A stretch of 64,000 nucleotides of DNA, from IMG/VR virus record IMGVR_UViG_3300032285_001531; one strand, written 5' to 3'. Positions 1-9,800 of the stretch are shown here, in pieces. Source of the stretch: a virus (Duplodnaviria > Caudoviricetes). Below the pieces are notes generated by a model. That model saw only the letters and a list, made by a program, of their open reading frames with translations, was not told the DNA's origin and searched no databases. Position 1 is the first letter of the stretch, and the number at the start of each line of letters is the position of its first letter. The translations under genes and the position numbers were made by a program.

Positions 1-641
1 TTGTCTGGTTTTCTTCTATCTGTTTGATCCACATCTCCTGTAATTATAATCTTTGATCCTATGCCTATTCTGGTCATAATCATTTTCAGTTGGCTAGGTG
101 TGCAGTTTTGAGCCTCATCTAGTATCACGTAGCTATGTTTGAAATTTCTTCCTCGACAGAATGCTAGAGGTGCGATCTCCACTATTTGTTCTTCTAGCAT
201 GTGGGTAATTTCCTTGCCTGTATAATACTCACGCATAACATCAAAAAGAGGACGAGTCCATGGTTCCATTTTAGCGTTAATATCGCCTGGTAAAAATCCA
301 TGTTTTTCGTCATCCACTCCTACTGCAGGTCTGGTTAAAATGATCCTCTCTACGTCACCGTTTTTAAGTGCTTTAATTGCTGCTTGCATAGCTAAGAAGG
401 TTTTACCTGTTCCCGCTGGACCAGCTGCTATTACTATATCAGTATTAGGATTTAGTAGTTCGAGGATGTATTTTTCTTGGTTTATTGATTTTGGAACTAA
501 CTGTATGTGTCTGATTAGTTTAGGTTTTGTTCCGTCAAATTGAATCGTTTTGGATTCGTTCATATAATATGTTTGTGTATCTTTTTTTGAATTAATTAAT
601 TTTGAATCTTTTCTCAATGCTCCGGTCTTTCTTTTGCTCAA
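1..641 (-). CDS. phoH: PhoH-like ATPase (partial, runs off left edge; TTG start)
   Basis: Manual minus-strand translation: Walker A GPAGTGKT, TRPAV, GFLPGD, RGRNF, ILDEAQN, ITGDVDQTD. TTG at 641 has AGGAG 7 nt upstream. Missed by the ORF track. Confidence 0.95.
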   Translation of the reverse strand, partial: MSKRKTGALRKDSKLINSKKDTQTYYMNESKTIQFDGTKPKLIRHIQLVPKSINQEKYILELLNPNTDIVIAAGPAGTGKTFLAMQAAIKALKNGDVERIILTRPAVGVDDEKHGFLPGDINAKMEPWTRPLFDVMREYYTGKEITHMLEEQIVEIAPLAFCRGRNFKHSYVILDEAQNCTPSQLKMIMTRIGIGSKIIITGDVDQTDRRKPD

Positions 642-683
642 GTTGCTTCTCCTAGATGTGGGTGAGTTCAATTCACTCTATGA

Positions 684-690
684 TATTTAC
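684..690 (-). promoter_or_regulatory. Late-promoter-like motif GTAAATA upstream of phoH
   Basis: Variant of the (G)ATAAATA motif, on the minus strand about 40 nt before the phoH start. Confidence 0.45.
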
Positions 691-794
691 CAAATGCAGG
701 ACCCCCTATTCTAGTAGACTTATTAAGTAATAAAAACTGATAAATATTAGGCTCCGCATGAGTTTTTAGAACTTCCACAATGTAGTTCAATAAT

Positions 795-802
795 GATAAA
801 TA
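795..802 (+). promoter_or_regulatory. Late-promoter-like GATAAATA (second copy at 739-746)
   Basis: Resembles the T4 late promoter TATAAATA; lies 7 nt before the ATG at 810. Confidence 0.65.
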
Positions 803-809
803 CTAAACT

Positions 810-1415
810 ATGAGTAAAAAGCCAGCCGACGATTTTTTTAACAGTGTAGATTATCCGGGAATCATTGACACCATTAAAGGGGTGTTTACAAGTGACGGAT
901 CCATCTCCACATTGATAGACTTTGAACGTGTACTTGACGAAGCAGATTTATATGCTTACAAAAACTGGGACCTAGGGGAACTAGTTGATGGTCCTGAGAT
1001 TGGAAAGTACAGCGTTACATGTACATTTATGTACCCGAATAAATTAATGCCTAATCCAAAGGGCGGTACTAGACTTACAAATGTAGGTTGCACGGTACAC
1101 TTCAAAAAGACTAAAATTAAAGTACCTATTGAAATTAAGGATCCTTCTGATTTTAAATCAGGAACACATTATCCTAAAATGGCTGAGCGTGAAGTTTGGT
1201 TGGTTCGCATTGCAATGCCTAAGCAGTTAATGAATGAGATTCGTGAAGGTTCAATTGATCTAGCTGACCAAACTATTGATCTACAAGATTTAGATGATGC
1301 ATACGAGCAGGATTTAGATAAAGAAGCAGAACAAGAGGATATGAGCGAAACAACAATGGGCGCAGCACCTGCTCCGGGTCCAATGCCAGGAGCAATGCCA
1401 GGAGCACCAGCATGA
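810..1415 (+). CDS. Conserved hypothetical phage protein with acidic, Pro/Gly-rich tail
   Basis: 201-aa ORF directly behind a late motif; overlaps the next gene (ATGA). Confidence 0.8.
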   Translation: MSKKPADDFFNSVDYPGIIDTIKGVFTSDGSISTLIDFERVLDEADLYAYKNWDLGELVDGPEIGKYSVTCTFMYPNKLMPNPKGGTRLTNVGCTVHFKKTKIKVPIEIKDPSDFKSGTHYPKMAEREVWLVRIAMPKQLMNEIREGSIDLADQTIDLQDLDDAYEQDLDKEAEQEDMSETTMGAAPAPGPMPGAMPGAPA

Positions 1416-1951
1416 ACACAATAGTCAATGAAAGCTTAGATTATCATGATTTTAAAAATCAGATTGAACCTGTTATAACAATTGACGAATACGAAGCAAA
1501 GACAGGATCTGATGATGAAATAGTAACTATTGCGTTTACTGTTAAAGGTAAATTAGCAAGCCAAGATTTAGCCAACTGGTTTGAGCGTGGGTATGATTAC
1601 GTATTAGACGCACAAATCAGTAAGGGAGAAGTTATACGAGGTAAGCATTTAGTTTTCGTTGAAATGGAAAGACGTTTTAAAGTTCCAGAAAGAATTATTG
1701 AGTTAATAGAAGATTTAGAAACATTATCTGATCTTCCATTAGATAAATGGACAATCATTATCAACGATCAGGAAATAGACGCAAATATAGATGTTCTTTC
1801 ATCACTCATTATTAAATCACCACATGAATACAGAAAGCAAAAAGATTCTGAATTAAATGAAATGCGTGAATTATCCGGTAGTGAACCAAATAAATTATTC
1901 AACGAACAAGACGCAGCAATCAAATCATTCAAAGCATTAGCAGGATTGTAA
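1412..1951 (+). CDS. Hypothetical protein
   Basis: 179-aa ORF translationally coupled to the upstream gene. Confidence 0.8.
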   Translation: MNTIVNESLDYHDFKNQIEPVITIDEYEAKTGSDDEIVTIAFTVKGKLASQDLANWFERGYDYVLDAQISKGEVIRGKHLVFVEMERRFKVPERIIELIEDLETLSDLPLDKWTIIINDQEIDANIDVLSSLIIKSPHEYRKQKDSELNEMRELSGSEPNKLFNEQDAAIKSFKALAGL

Positions 1952-1961
1952 AGGAGATTAA

Positions 1962-2495
1962 ATGGCAACATTATTAGCACGTAAGGCAAATGGAGAAACA
2001 CCGATAGCAACAAGTGATGATCATCATGACGCATTGGCTGCAGATCCATCAGTATCAGCATTCCCAACAGGTAGTGGATTCGGTAGCGGATTTGGGAATG
2101 CACCATTAGGTGGAAACACAATGAGTACAGCAACACCAAGTTTCGGAGGAGCAGCAATGCCAGCACAACAACCACAACAACAAATGAATTTAACACAAGC
2201 AGGCGATAATGCAGCACAAGGAGCTGATGTATTAGTAGCAAATGACAACACAGATTGGATCAATAAGAAATGGCGTCCAGTTATGGGTTGGGTATATATG
2301 ATGACATGTACATGTGACTTTGTTGTATTCCCGATCTTATGGTCAGTATTACAAGCATTAAGTCATGGACAAGTAACTAGTCAATGGCAACCATTAACAC
2401 TACAAGGTGCAGGTTTGTATCATGTAGCAATGGGTGCAGTTCTTGGTATCGCAGCATACGGCCGTACAAAAGAAAAAGTAGCCGGAGCAGCATAA
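1962..2495 (+). CDS. Putative holin (3TM/GTA-type holin-like C-terminal domain)
   Basis: C-terminal WINKKWRPVMGW...hydrophobic helices...LGIAAYGRTKEK pattern; AAGGAG SD. Confidence 0.7.
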   Translation: MATLLARKANGETPIATSDDHHDALAADPSVSAFPTGSGFGSGFGNAPLGGNTMSTATPSFGGAAMPAQQPQQQMNLTQAGDNAAQGADVLVANDNTDWINKKWRPVMGWVYMMTCTCDFVVFPILWSVLQALSHGQVTSQWQPLTLQGAGLYHVAMGAVLGIAAYGRTKEKVAGAA

Positions 2496-2505
2496 CCATA
2501 AATAA

Positions 2506-2534
2506 TTGATTATTGCAAGGAGGTATGTTATAAT
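2506..2534 (+). promoter_or_regulatory. Sigma70-type promoter (TTGATT-17 nt-TATAAT)
   Basis: -35 at 2506-2511, -10 at 2529-2534, exact 17-nt spacer; ATG follows at 2540. Confidence 0.75.
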
Positions 2535-2539
2535 CAACT

Positions 2540-3337
2540 ATGGACCATTATACTACATTAGGGGTTAGCAGAAATGCAAGCCCCGACGAAATCAAACAAG
2601 CGTATAGAAAATTAGCAAGTGTACATCACCCAGACAAAGGTGGTGACACTGCTAAGTTTCAAGAAATACAACAAGCCTATGAAACATTAGGTGATCCAAG
2701 TAAAAAAGCAGAATATGATAACCCTCATCAAAACTTTGGTGGATTTGGTGGCGGCTTTGGTGGTGGATTCCCACAAGGCTTTGGATTCAGTGGCGGCATC
2801 AATATTGATGACATTTTTGGTCAGATGTTTGGTCGTCAACAACACACTCATTTCCCAACATATAAGACTATATTGAATGTTACACTAGAACAAGTGTACA
2901 ACGGTGATGAACAAGTATTACAATTTCAAACTCATGTAGGGAATCAAGTAGCTAGAATCAATATCCCTAAAGGTGTTGAGAACGGGCAACAAATGCGCTA
3001 CGATAATCTTATTCCAAATGCAACATTAATCGTTGAGTTTAGAGTTTACCCACATGATAAATTTCAAAGACAAGGGCTAAATTTGCAATCTGAGGTTGGT
3101 ATATCAGTATTAGATTTAATCATAGGTACTACTATTGATTTTGAAACTATTTCAGGTAAGAAGTTTCAAGTAACAGTTAAACCTAAAACACAACCTAATA
3201 CTACACTAAGAATACCTCAACAAGGTATGATTCATGGGCATGTAACAGGAGACCAATTAATATTGTTAAAACCATTTATTCCTGCTACAATCAGTGATGA
3301 AATAATCAGTGCAATTATTCGCAATCAAAACAACTAA
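2540..3337 (+). CDS. dnaJ: DnaJ/CbpA-like co-chaperone (J domain, G/F-rich region, C-terminal domain, no zinc finger)
   Basis: DHYTTLGV...AYRKLASVHHPDKGG (HPD motif), G/F-rich linker, DnaJ_C-like IPKGV and LRIPQQGM. Confidence 0.92.
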   Translation: MDHYTTLGVSRNASPDEIKQAYRKLASVHHPDKGGDTAKFQEIQQAYETLGDPSKKAEYDNPHQNFGGFGGGFGGGFPQGFGFSGGINIDDIFGQMFGRQQHTHFPTYKTILNVTLEQVYNGDEQVLQFQTHVGNQVARINIPKGVENGQQMRYDNLIPNATLIVEFRVYPHDKFQRQGLNLQSEVGISVLDLIIGTTIDFETISGKKFQVTVKPKTQPNTTLRIPQQGMIHGHVTGDQLILLKPFIPATISDEIISAIIRNQNN

Positions 3338-3347
3338 GGATCAATAC

Positions 3348-5621
3348 ATGAATACATCAGTAGAAATAGAATCAATTATTGAACAGGCCATTGCATATGC
3401 AAAGGAACGTAGTCATCAATATTGCACGGTAGAACATTTATTGTTAGCATTAATAAATCATGTTCCATTTAAGAAATGTGTAGAACAATTCGGTGCGGAT
3501 TCTGAAAGTCTATCAAAAGAAGTGTCAAACTACTTAGATGGATTACGAGCTATCATGATGTCAGTGGATCAGGGAGAAGAAATTAACCCACGTAAAACAA
3601 ATAGTTTGGAACGTGTAATTAATCGTAGCGTGACACAAGTATTGTTTACTGGTCGCAAACAAGTTACCACTATTGACTTGTATCTCAGCATCCTAAGTGA
3701 GAATAATAGTCATGCACATTATTTTATGTTAAAATATGGCTTGAATAAGAATGAATTTGTTCCTTTCTGGCAGAAACATTATAAGGGTGCTGAGTTCAGT
3801 GGTAATCTAACAGATAGTCAAGCAGATGAAATTCTAGGTGAATACACTGTTAATCTAACATATATGGCTAAACAAGGTAAACTTGAGCCATTGATTGGTC
3901 GTAGTACTGAATTAAATGATATTATCAATGTACTTGCTAAGCGTTTCAAATCAAACGTATTAATGGTAGGTGACCCAGGTGTAGGTAAAACTGCAATTGC
4001 AGAAGGTCTTGCTACTATGATTGTAGACGGTAACATCCCTGAGTTTCTAGCAGGTCATGAACTGTATTCACTTGAAGTGGGTATGCTACTTGCAGGATCA
4101 AAGTATCGAGGTGACTTTGAAGAAAAGATTAAAAACATACTTGATGCATTGAATACTAAGAAGAAAGCCATCTTATTCATTGATGAGGCACATACAATGA
4201 AGGGTAGTGGTAATACTAACAGTGGTTCAATTGACTTTGCGAGCATGATTAAGCCTGCAATCACTAAAGGTACATTGAAAATTATTGCAAGTACAACTTG
4301 GGAAGATTATTACGAGAGTTTTGAGAAGGATCGTGCATTGATGCGTAGATTCTATCGTGTAGGTGTAGATGAACCAAATCACGATTCAACTATTCGTATC
4401 CTTAAGGGTCTAAGCACACGGTTAAATGACTTCCATAATGTAGTTATTACAGACGATGCTATCACTGCAGCAGTTGATAGTTCAGCACGTTACATTCACG
4501 ACCGTAAGAATCCAGATAAATCAATTGACTTATTGGATGCAGCATGTGCTAAACAACGTGTACTTGAAAACAAAGAAGCACAGATTACTAAAGAGTTAAT
4601 CTATGAACAAGTTGAACGTATGACGGGCGTTCCTGCAGATAAACTCAATGATGACTTTGGAGACCGTGTACAAAATCTTGAACAAAACATTAAAGACAAA
4701 TTATACGGTCAAGACGAAGCAGTTAATAATGTACTTGAACGTGTGTACGTAAGTTTTGCGGGTATAAGTAACGAGAATCGTCCAATGGGTTCATTCTTAT
4801 TCTTAGGACCAACAGGTACAGGTAAAACTGAACTTGCTAAACTACTCAGCAAAAACTTAGATATGCCGTTACTCAAATATGATATGAGTGAATATGGTGA
4901 GAAGCATAGTGTTGCTAAGTTAATTGGTGCTCCTCCTGGTTATGTAGGCTATGGTGAGGGTCAATTGGGCGGTGGTAAACTTATCAATGACTTATCTAAG
5001 AATCCATACTCTATACTATTGTTTGATGAAGTTGAGAAAGCACACCCTGAAGTATTTGACATTTTCTTGCAGTTATTAGATGAGGGTCGTATCACTGGTT
5101 CTAACAGCAAAGAAGTAAACGCTAAGAACTGTTTGATTATCATGACCAGTAACTTAGGTGCAAGCGATAGTGAGAAGAATAATATTGGCTTTGGCACACA
5201 AGAACGTACAGGTGATGACGAACGTGCGCTAAAAGAATTCTTCAAACCAGAGTTTAGAAATCGTATTGACATGATTTGTAAGTTTAACAAACTAGATAAC
5301 CTTGCTATTAAGAAGATTGTTATTAAGTTTACAGATGAACTTAAGAAAAGCATCAAAGCAGCACATGACATTACATTCAATCTAAGTGAACCAGTTGTTG
5401 ACTTCTTAGCTGAGCAAGGATATGACAAGAAGATGGGCGCACGTCCACTATCACGTAAGATTGATGAGTTGATTCGTGTACCGTTATCTAAGAAAATTGT
5501 GTTCGAAGGTGTGAAAAGTGCAAATGTTACCGCACATCTAGTAGATGATAAGATTGAATTTGTAGTATCACAGAAGATTGTTGCTAGAGTAGGGTATAAT
5601 GGAGTAATTACAGTTGAATAA
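3348..5621 (+). CDS. clpA: ClpA/ClpB-family AAA+ ATPase (Clp protease ATP-binding subunit)
   Basis: Clp-N domain (EHLLLAL), two Walker A motifs (GDPGVGKT, GPTGTGKT), Walker B motifs LFIDEAH and LLFDEVEKAH, GAPPGYVG, GARPL. Start moved to ATG 3348, which has an SD. Confidence 0.95.
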   Translation: MNTSVEIESIIEQAIAYAKERSHQYCTVEHLLLALINHVPFKKCVEQFGADSESLSKEVSNYLDGLRAIMMSVDQGEEINPRKTNSLERVINRSVTQVLFTGRKQVTTIDLYLSILSENNSHAHYFMLKYGLNKNEFVPFWQKHYKGAEFSGNLTDSQADEILGEYTVNLTYMAKQGKLEPLIGRSTELNDIINVLAKRFKSNVLMVGDPGVGKTAIAEGLATMIVDGNIPEFLAGHELYSLEVGMLLAGSKYRGDFEEKIKNILDALNTKKKAILFIDEAHTMKGSGNTNSGSIDFASMIKPAITKGTLKIIASTTWEDYYESFEKDRALMRRFYRVGVDEPNHDSTIRILKGLSTRLNDFHNVVITDDAITAAVDSSARYIHDRKNPDKSIDLLDAACAKQRVLENKEAQITKELIYEQVERMTGVPADKLNDDFGDRVQNLEQNIKDKLYGQDEAVNNVLERVYVSFAGISNENRPMGSFLFLGPTGTGKTELAKLLSKNLDMPLLKYDMSEYGEKHSVAKLIGAPPGYVGYGEGQLGGGKLINDLSKNPYSILLFDEVEKAHPEVFDIFLQLLDEGRITGSNSKEVNAKNCLIIMTSNLGASDSEKNNIGFGTQERTGDDERALKEFFKPEFRNRIDMICKFNKLDNLAIKKIVIKFTDELKKSIKAAHDITFNLSEPVVDFLAEQGYDKKMGARPLSRKIDELIRVPLSKKIVFEGVKSANVTAHLVDDKIEFVVSQKIVARVGYNGVITVE

Positions 5622-6270
5622 TTACAAACTAGAAATAGAGAATCGAAAGATTCTCTATTATAAAAAGTATCATTACAGAGCAAAGTTTAATCTACCAGGA
5701 GTACATCATGTTGGGATTGCAAGGAATTCACGTGAGTTGGAAAAGATTATAGCTAATCATCTTAAATGGTCTGAATATAAGTTACCTGATAATAGATTAG
5801 CATTAGAAAATCTTTTAGATTGGAAAATTAAAAATCAGGATAATATTTCTATTAGAACAGAATATAGAATGTGTTCTATTTTTAGTAATGATTTAACTTT
5901 ATTGCAAACACTAAGTGATGTAGTGGATGATGTATCGTATACTAAAGCAGAATTATACGGAGATCCAGGAATTATTGAACTACTAAAGCCCAAACATAAT
6001 TACAGAGTTTACTTTAAAAGCAAGCGTATTCAAGGAACCAAGTTTGTTAGTGAGTTAAATGAGTTTTTAGAATTACACAAAAACTCAGTATTTCCCTGTA
6101 GGGCACTAAACACTTGGGTAAAAGACTCTAATCAACCCGCTTGGAGATATAATTGGTTATCAGATAGTCATTACATAGAATATGATGATGAATCTACCAA
6201 AATATTACTGAACCTATTTTTAGATGGATATTTAGCCAAAACTTACAAAGTTAAAATGCGTGATTATTGA
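5614..6270 (+). CDS. Hypothetical protein
   Basis: 218-aa ORF overlapping the clpA stop. Confidence 0.75.
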   Translation: MNNYKLEIENRKILYYKKYHYRAKFNLPGVHHVGIARNSRELEKIIANHLKWSEYKLPDNRLALENLLDWKIKNQDNISIRTEYRMCSIFSNDLTLLQTLSDVVDDVSYTKAELYGDPGIIELLKPKHNYRVYFKSKRIQGTKFVSELNEFLELHKNSVFPCRALNTWVKDSNQPAWRYNWLSDSHYIEYDDESTKILLNLFLDGYLAKTYKVKMRDY

Positions 6271-6278
6271 GATAAATA
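6271..6278 (+). promoter_or_regulatory. Late-promoter-like GATAAATA
   Basis: Intergenic; heads the 6300-11576 gene run. Confidence 0.65.
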
Positions 6279-6299
6279 CTCTAATTAATGGAGTATATT

Positions 6300-6464
6300 A
6301 TGGCAAAAATACACGAGGAAGTCGTTGTAATCAAATTAAGCAAGTTGGTCAAAGAATCTAGTGATAATCCTAGTTTGGCCAGTGCTGAAACAGTAGCCGC
6401 ACTAGAACAAGTTGCCCAAGAATTAGTGGGTGATGGAGTCATTGTTGAGATAGAAAGAGCATAA
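6300..6464 (+). CDS. Small hypothetical protein (54 aa), below the ORF-track cutoff
   Basis: MAKIHEEVVVIKLSKLVKE...IVEIERA; GGAG SD; fills the intergenic gap. Confidence 0.75.
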   Translation: MAKIHEEVVVIKLSKLVKESSDNPSLASAETVAALEQVAQELVGDGVIVEIERA

Positions 6465-6469
6465 TATAA

Positions 6470-6808
6470 ATGTCTCAGGCTACCACTATTATTCTATTGC
6501 CACAAACCACATTCAGTGCAGGTCCTACTGTCCTCGGGGATAAACAACCTGCTGCTGCATACTATTTAGGTAACAGAAATCTACAAACACTTAGTTGGAG
6601 TTTGTCAAACTTTACGGGTGTAATAAGAATCCAAGCTACTTTAGCAGAAACCCCCTTGACAAATGATTGGTTTGAAGTGTATAATATAACTTTATCAACC
6701 ACAACACAGACTAGTTATTACAATCTGCCCGGAAACTTTGTTTGGATTCGTGCAGTTGTATATGACTTTACAGCCGGTGTTATTCAGAATATCAAAGTAA
6801 GTTACTAA
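6470..6808 (+). CDS. Hypothetical beta-rich protein, possibly virion-associated
   Basis: 112-aa ORF with a jelly-roll-like pattern (IQATL...WFEV...FVWIRAVV). Confidence 0.7.
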   Translation: MSQATTIILLPQTTFSAGPTVLGDKQPAAAYYLGNRNLQTLSWSLSNFTGVIRIQATLAETPLTNDWFEVYNITLSTTTQTSYYNLPGNFVWIRAVVYDFTAGVIQNIKVSY

Positions 6809-6809
6809 T

Positions 6810-9800
6810 ATGGGTGGTAATGCTACTATTAGGGGTCGTGAAGCACAAAGCTTGGACTTAAAAGTCACACAGCGCAGCTTTATGGTGCCTAAACTAAATG
6901 CATTACTTCATTCAATCAACACAGCATATCAAAAAGCAACTAAACAAACGCTTTGGGATCCTAAAGTATTAGAGAGTGGTCAATTCTTAAGTGGTAGTTC
7001 ATTACATTTTTTCAATGTTACTGGGATAGATGATAAAACATTTATAACTAAGAAACCTAAAATTGGTGACATTGACACAATGGTCGATAAGACTAAAGAA
7101 GTTCCTCTACAGCAATTCTTAACAACATATATTGACAGACCTTTGGGTCCTGCTGTATTCAGAGGATTTGATAAGGGCAATGAGCAGTATATTTCTTTAT
7201 GGGAATTACAGGATCCTCCTGTAACAATTCAAATTGACTTTGAATTAGTAGATTATCAAAATGGTTCACCTACGGACTGGGCTAAGTTTAGTCATAGTAG
7301 TTCATGGGAAGATTTACAGCATGGAGTTAAGGGCGTATTTCATAAGTTGTTAGTACAATCACTCGCAGCACTAAGCAAGCAAACCTTCTATCAACGTAAA
7401 ATGGTAGGACGTGGTAAAATGCGTAGTGAACAAGATATACCTGTGACTGACAATATGTATTCATTCGCAGTATCTTCTAAAGAAGGTGGAGGATTAAGAG
7501 CAAAGTATGAACCGGTTTTAGGTCCTAACGGTAGACCACTAGCTAAAGATGGAATGCCTGTTATGAGTGCTACTCCTACTACAGGTTATATCAAAGACAT
7601 AGGTCAAATATTCTCAACACTATTAGGTAAACGTTTATCAGCACAAACAGCAAAACAAGTATCAGCTAATTTCTGGTCATTTTCTGGCATTGTTGATGTA
7701 CTAGCAAAGATATTAAACCCAGAAGAAAAAGCGGCAGTAGTAGATTCATTTATAGTAAGAACAATAGGACCTGGCGCACAGGGATTATATAAGAATGATC
7801 CTAATCAGGATGTACAAGAAAAATTAGTTGCGTTGAACTACATTATGAAAAAACTTAATGTATCAAAGCCAAAAGAATTTGATGATATGTTAAAAACTTA
7901 TCGTAGTGCGTACAAGATGACTACTGAAAGTATAGAGTTAACTGAAGCTCCTGACTATAAGCGTAAAAGTATTCCTCATATATACAATCCAGGTACCACA
8001 GTTGAAATCAAAGATAAAGATTTTATTGAAATGTGCAAGGAAATTGCACAGAATGGTGGTACACTAAACAATTCAGTTGTTAACTTAAAAGTTGACGGAG
8101 CTGGTATTCGTTTCGGTAAAGATCAAAGTGGTAAGCCATTCTTTATGACTAGCAAAGTAAATGAACCTAAGTATATTGAGAACTACGGTGATTTTGCAAA
8201 TTACAATATAAGCCAAGGACAACCAGAAGAACGTGTAGCATTTGCTAAGAATTATGATAATGCGTTAAAGATTATATTATCTAGTAATCTTATGAATGCA
8301 ATTCCAGCAGATACAATTATTCAAGCTGAAATGCTATTCAATGACATGGCTCAAAAGTCAAAAGATGGCTATAAGTTTGTAAACATTAACTATGACCCTA
8401 AAAAGTTAGGGAAAGTAATGACACTTGCTCCGTTCACATTCAAACAATATAGCACAGGGGAAGTTTTACCTAATGCTGAAGAAATTCAACAGAATTTATT
8501 GAAGTTAAGCGATAATACAATTAAAGTTATTAGTAATACATTACAACAAAAAGGTATTAATGTCAGTAAAATTATCAACCCTGTCGTAGCTAATGCAGAT
8601 GAATTAAGAAGTGCATTATCAATACGTGGTGATAGTCCGCAAAAACAAAAAGCAAAAGAAGTTATTGCTCATGCTAAACAAACATTAAGCGAAGCTATTA
8701 GCAACAGTCCTATAAAAGGTAAAGACCAGTTAGGTCCTTATAACGAAGGGCTTGTTATTACATTACCTAGTGGCAGAACAGTTAAAGTAACTAGTCAAGC
8801 TATGAAAGATGTAATGGCAACTAGAAAAGCTCCAGCTGGTCCACGTAGTGGTAAAACAGCAATAGTAACTGCTGGTAGCTTTGTTGGTCACAAAGGGCAT
8901 GAACAATTAGTTGAACTAGTATTTGATAAAGCAGCAGCAATAGGAGCTGATCCATATGTATATATCAGCCCAACAGTAGGAGCAGACGATCCTATTCCAC
9001 CACAGATGAAGTTAATGACATGGCAAAAACTTTATCCTAATCATGTTAATAGCTTTCAAGTTTGGCAAGAAGGTGGAACACCAGTCAAAAAGATTGAAAA
9101 AGAATTAGTAACAAGAACTAATCCTCCACCATACGATAGAATTATTGTTATGGTTGGTGATGATAGATACGAAGGTTTTAAACAGTGGGTAGAACACTTG
9201 AGCAAGCGCATGAAGAATCCTCAGTACCCTGGATTTGAGCATGTAGAATTTCATGTTGAGAATACACCACGTGATACTGAATCAGGCGGTACTGGAGTAA
9301 GTTTCACAGACTGTCGTAAAGTATTAGAAAGTCCTAACTTATCCGAAGAACAGAAACTAGCATTTTGGTGCAGAGCATTTGATGTTGATAAGTTAGGTAT
9401 AAGTTGGATTAAACAATTAATGGATACAGCCAAAAAAGGTATGGGGATAAAACAAATGACTAAAAAAGAAAAACTAAAAGAGTTTATACAACGTGCGAGA
9501 CCAATGCTTAAAGAAGCAAGCGTTGAAAAGAAACTAGAGGTTCTTGGTTTCATTAAAGAATCACTGCAAGATGTTTCTGAAGCAGGTAGCCCAGCACAAC
9601 AAGCTGCTATTGCTATCAATATGAAAAAGCATCACAAGAAGCCTAAGCACATAGATGAAAGTCAAGTAACAAAAATTACTGATTATGATACCTGGAGTGA
9701 TACAGTTAAAGAACTAGGTTGTGAGATATATCCTCAAGTAGATAGAAATCTTTTAGTAGCACAGAGGTGGGATGGTGACATAATTGGTAAATTCCACTTA

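Noticed and set aside
340-543. 67-aa + strand ORF
   Set aside because: Antisense shadow of phoH, which has clear motifs on the minus strand.
3309-3347. Upstream starts chosen by the track (also 11635, 28437, 43233, 51337, 56540, 57648, 57839)
   Set aside because: Downstream ATGs fit the SD, promoter or stop-start coupling better, and the extensions overlap upstream genes.
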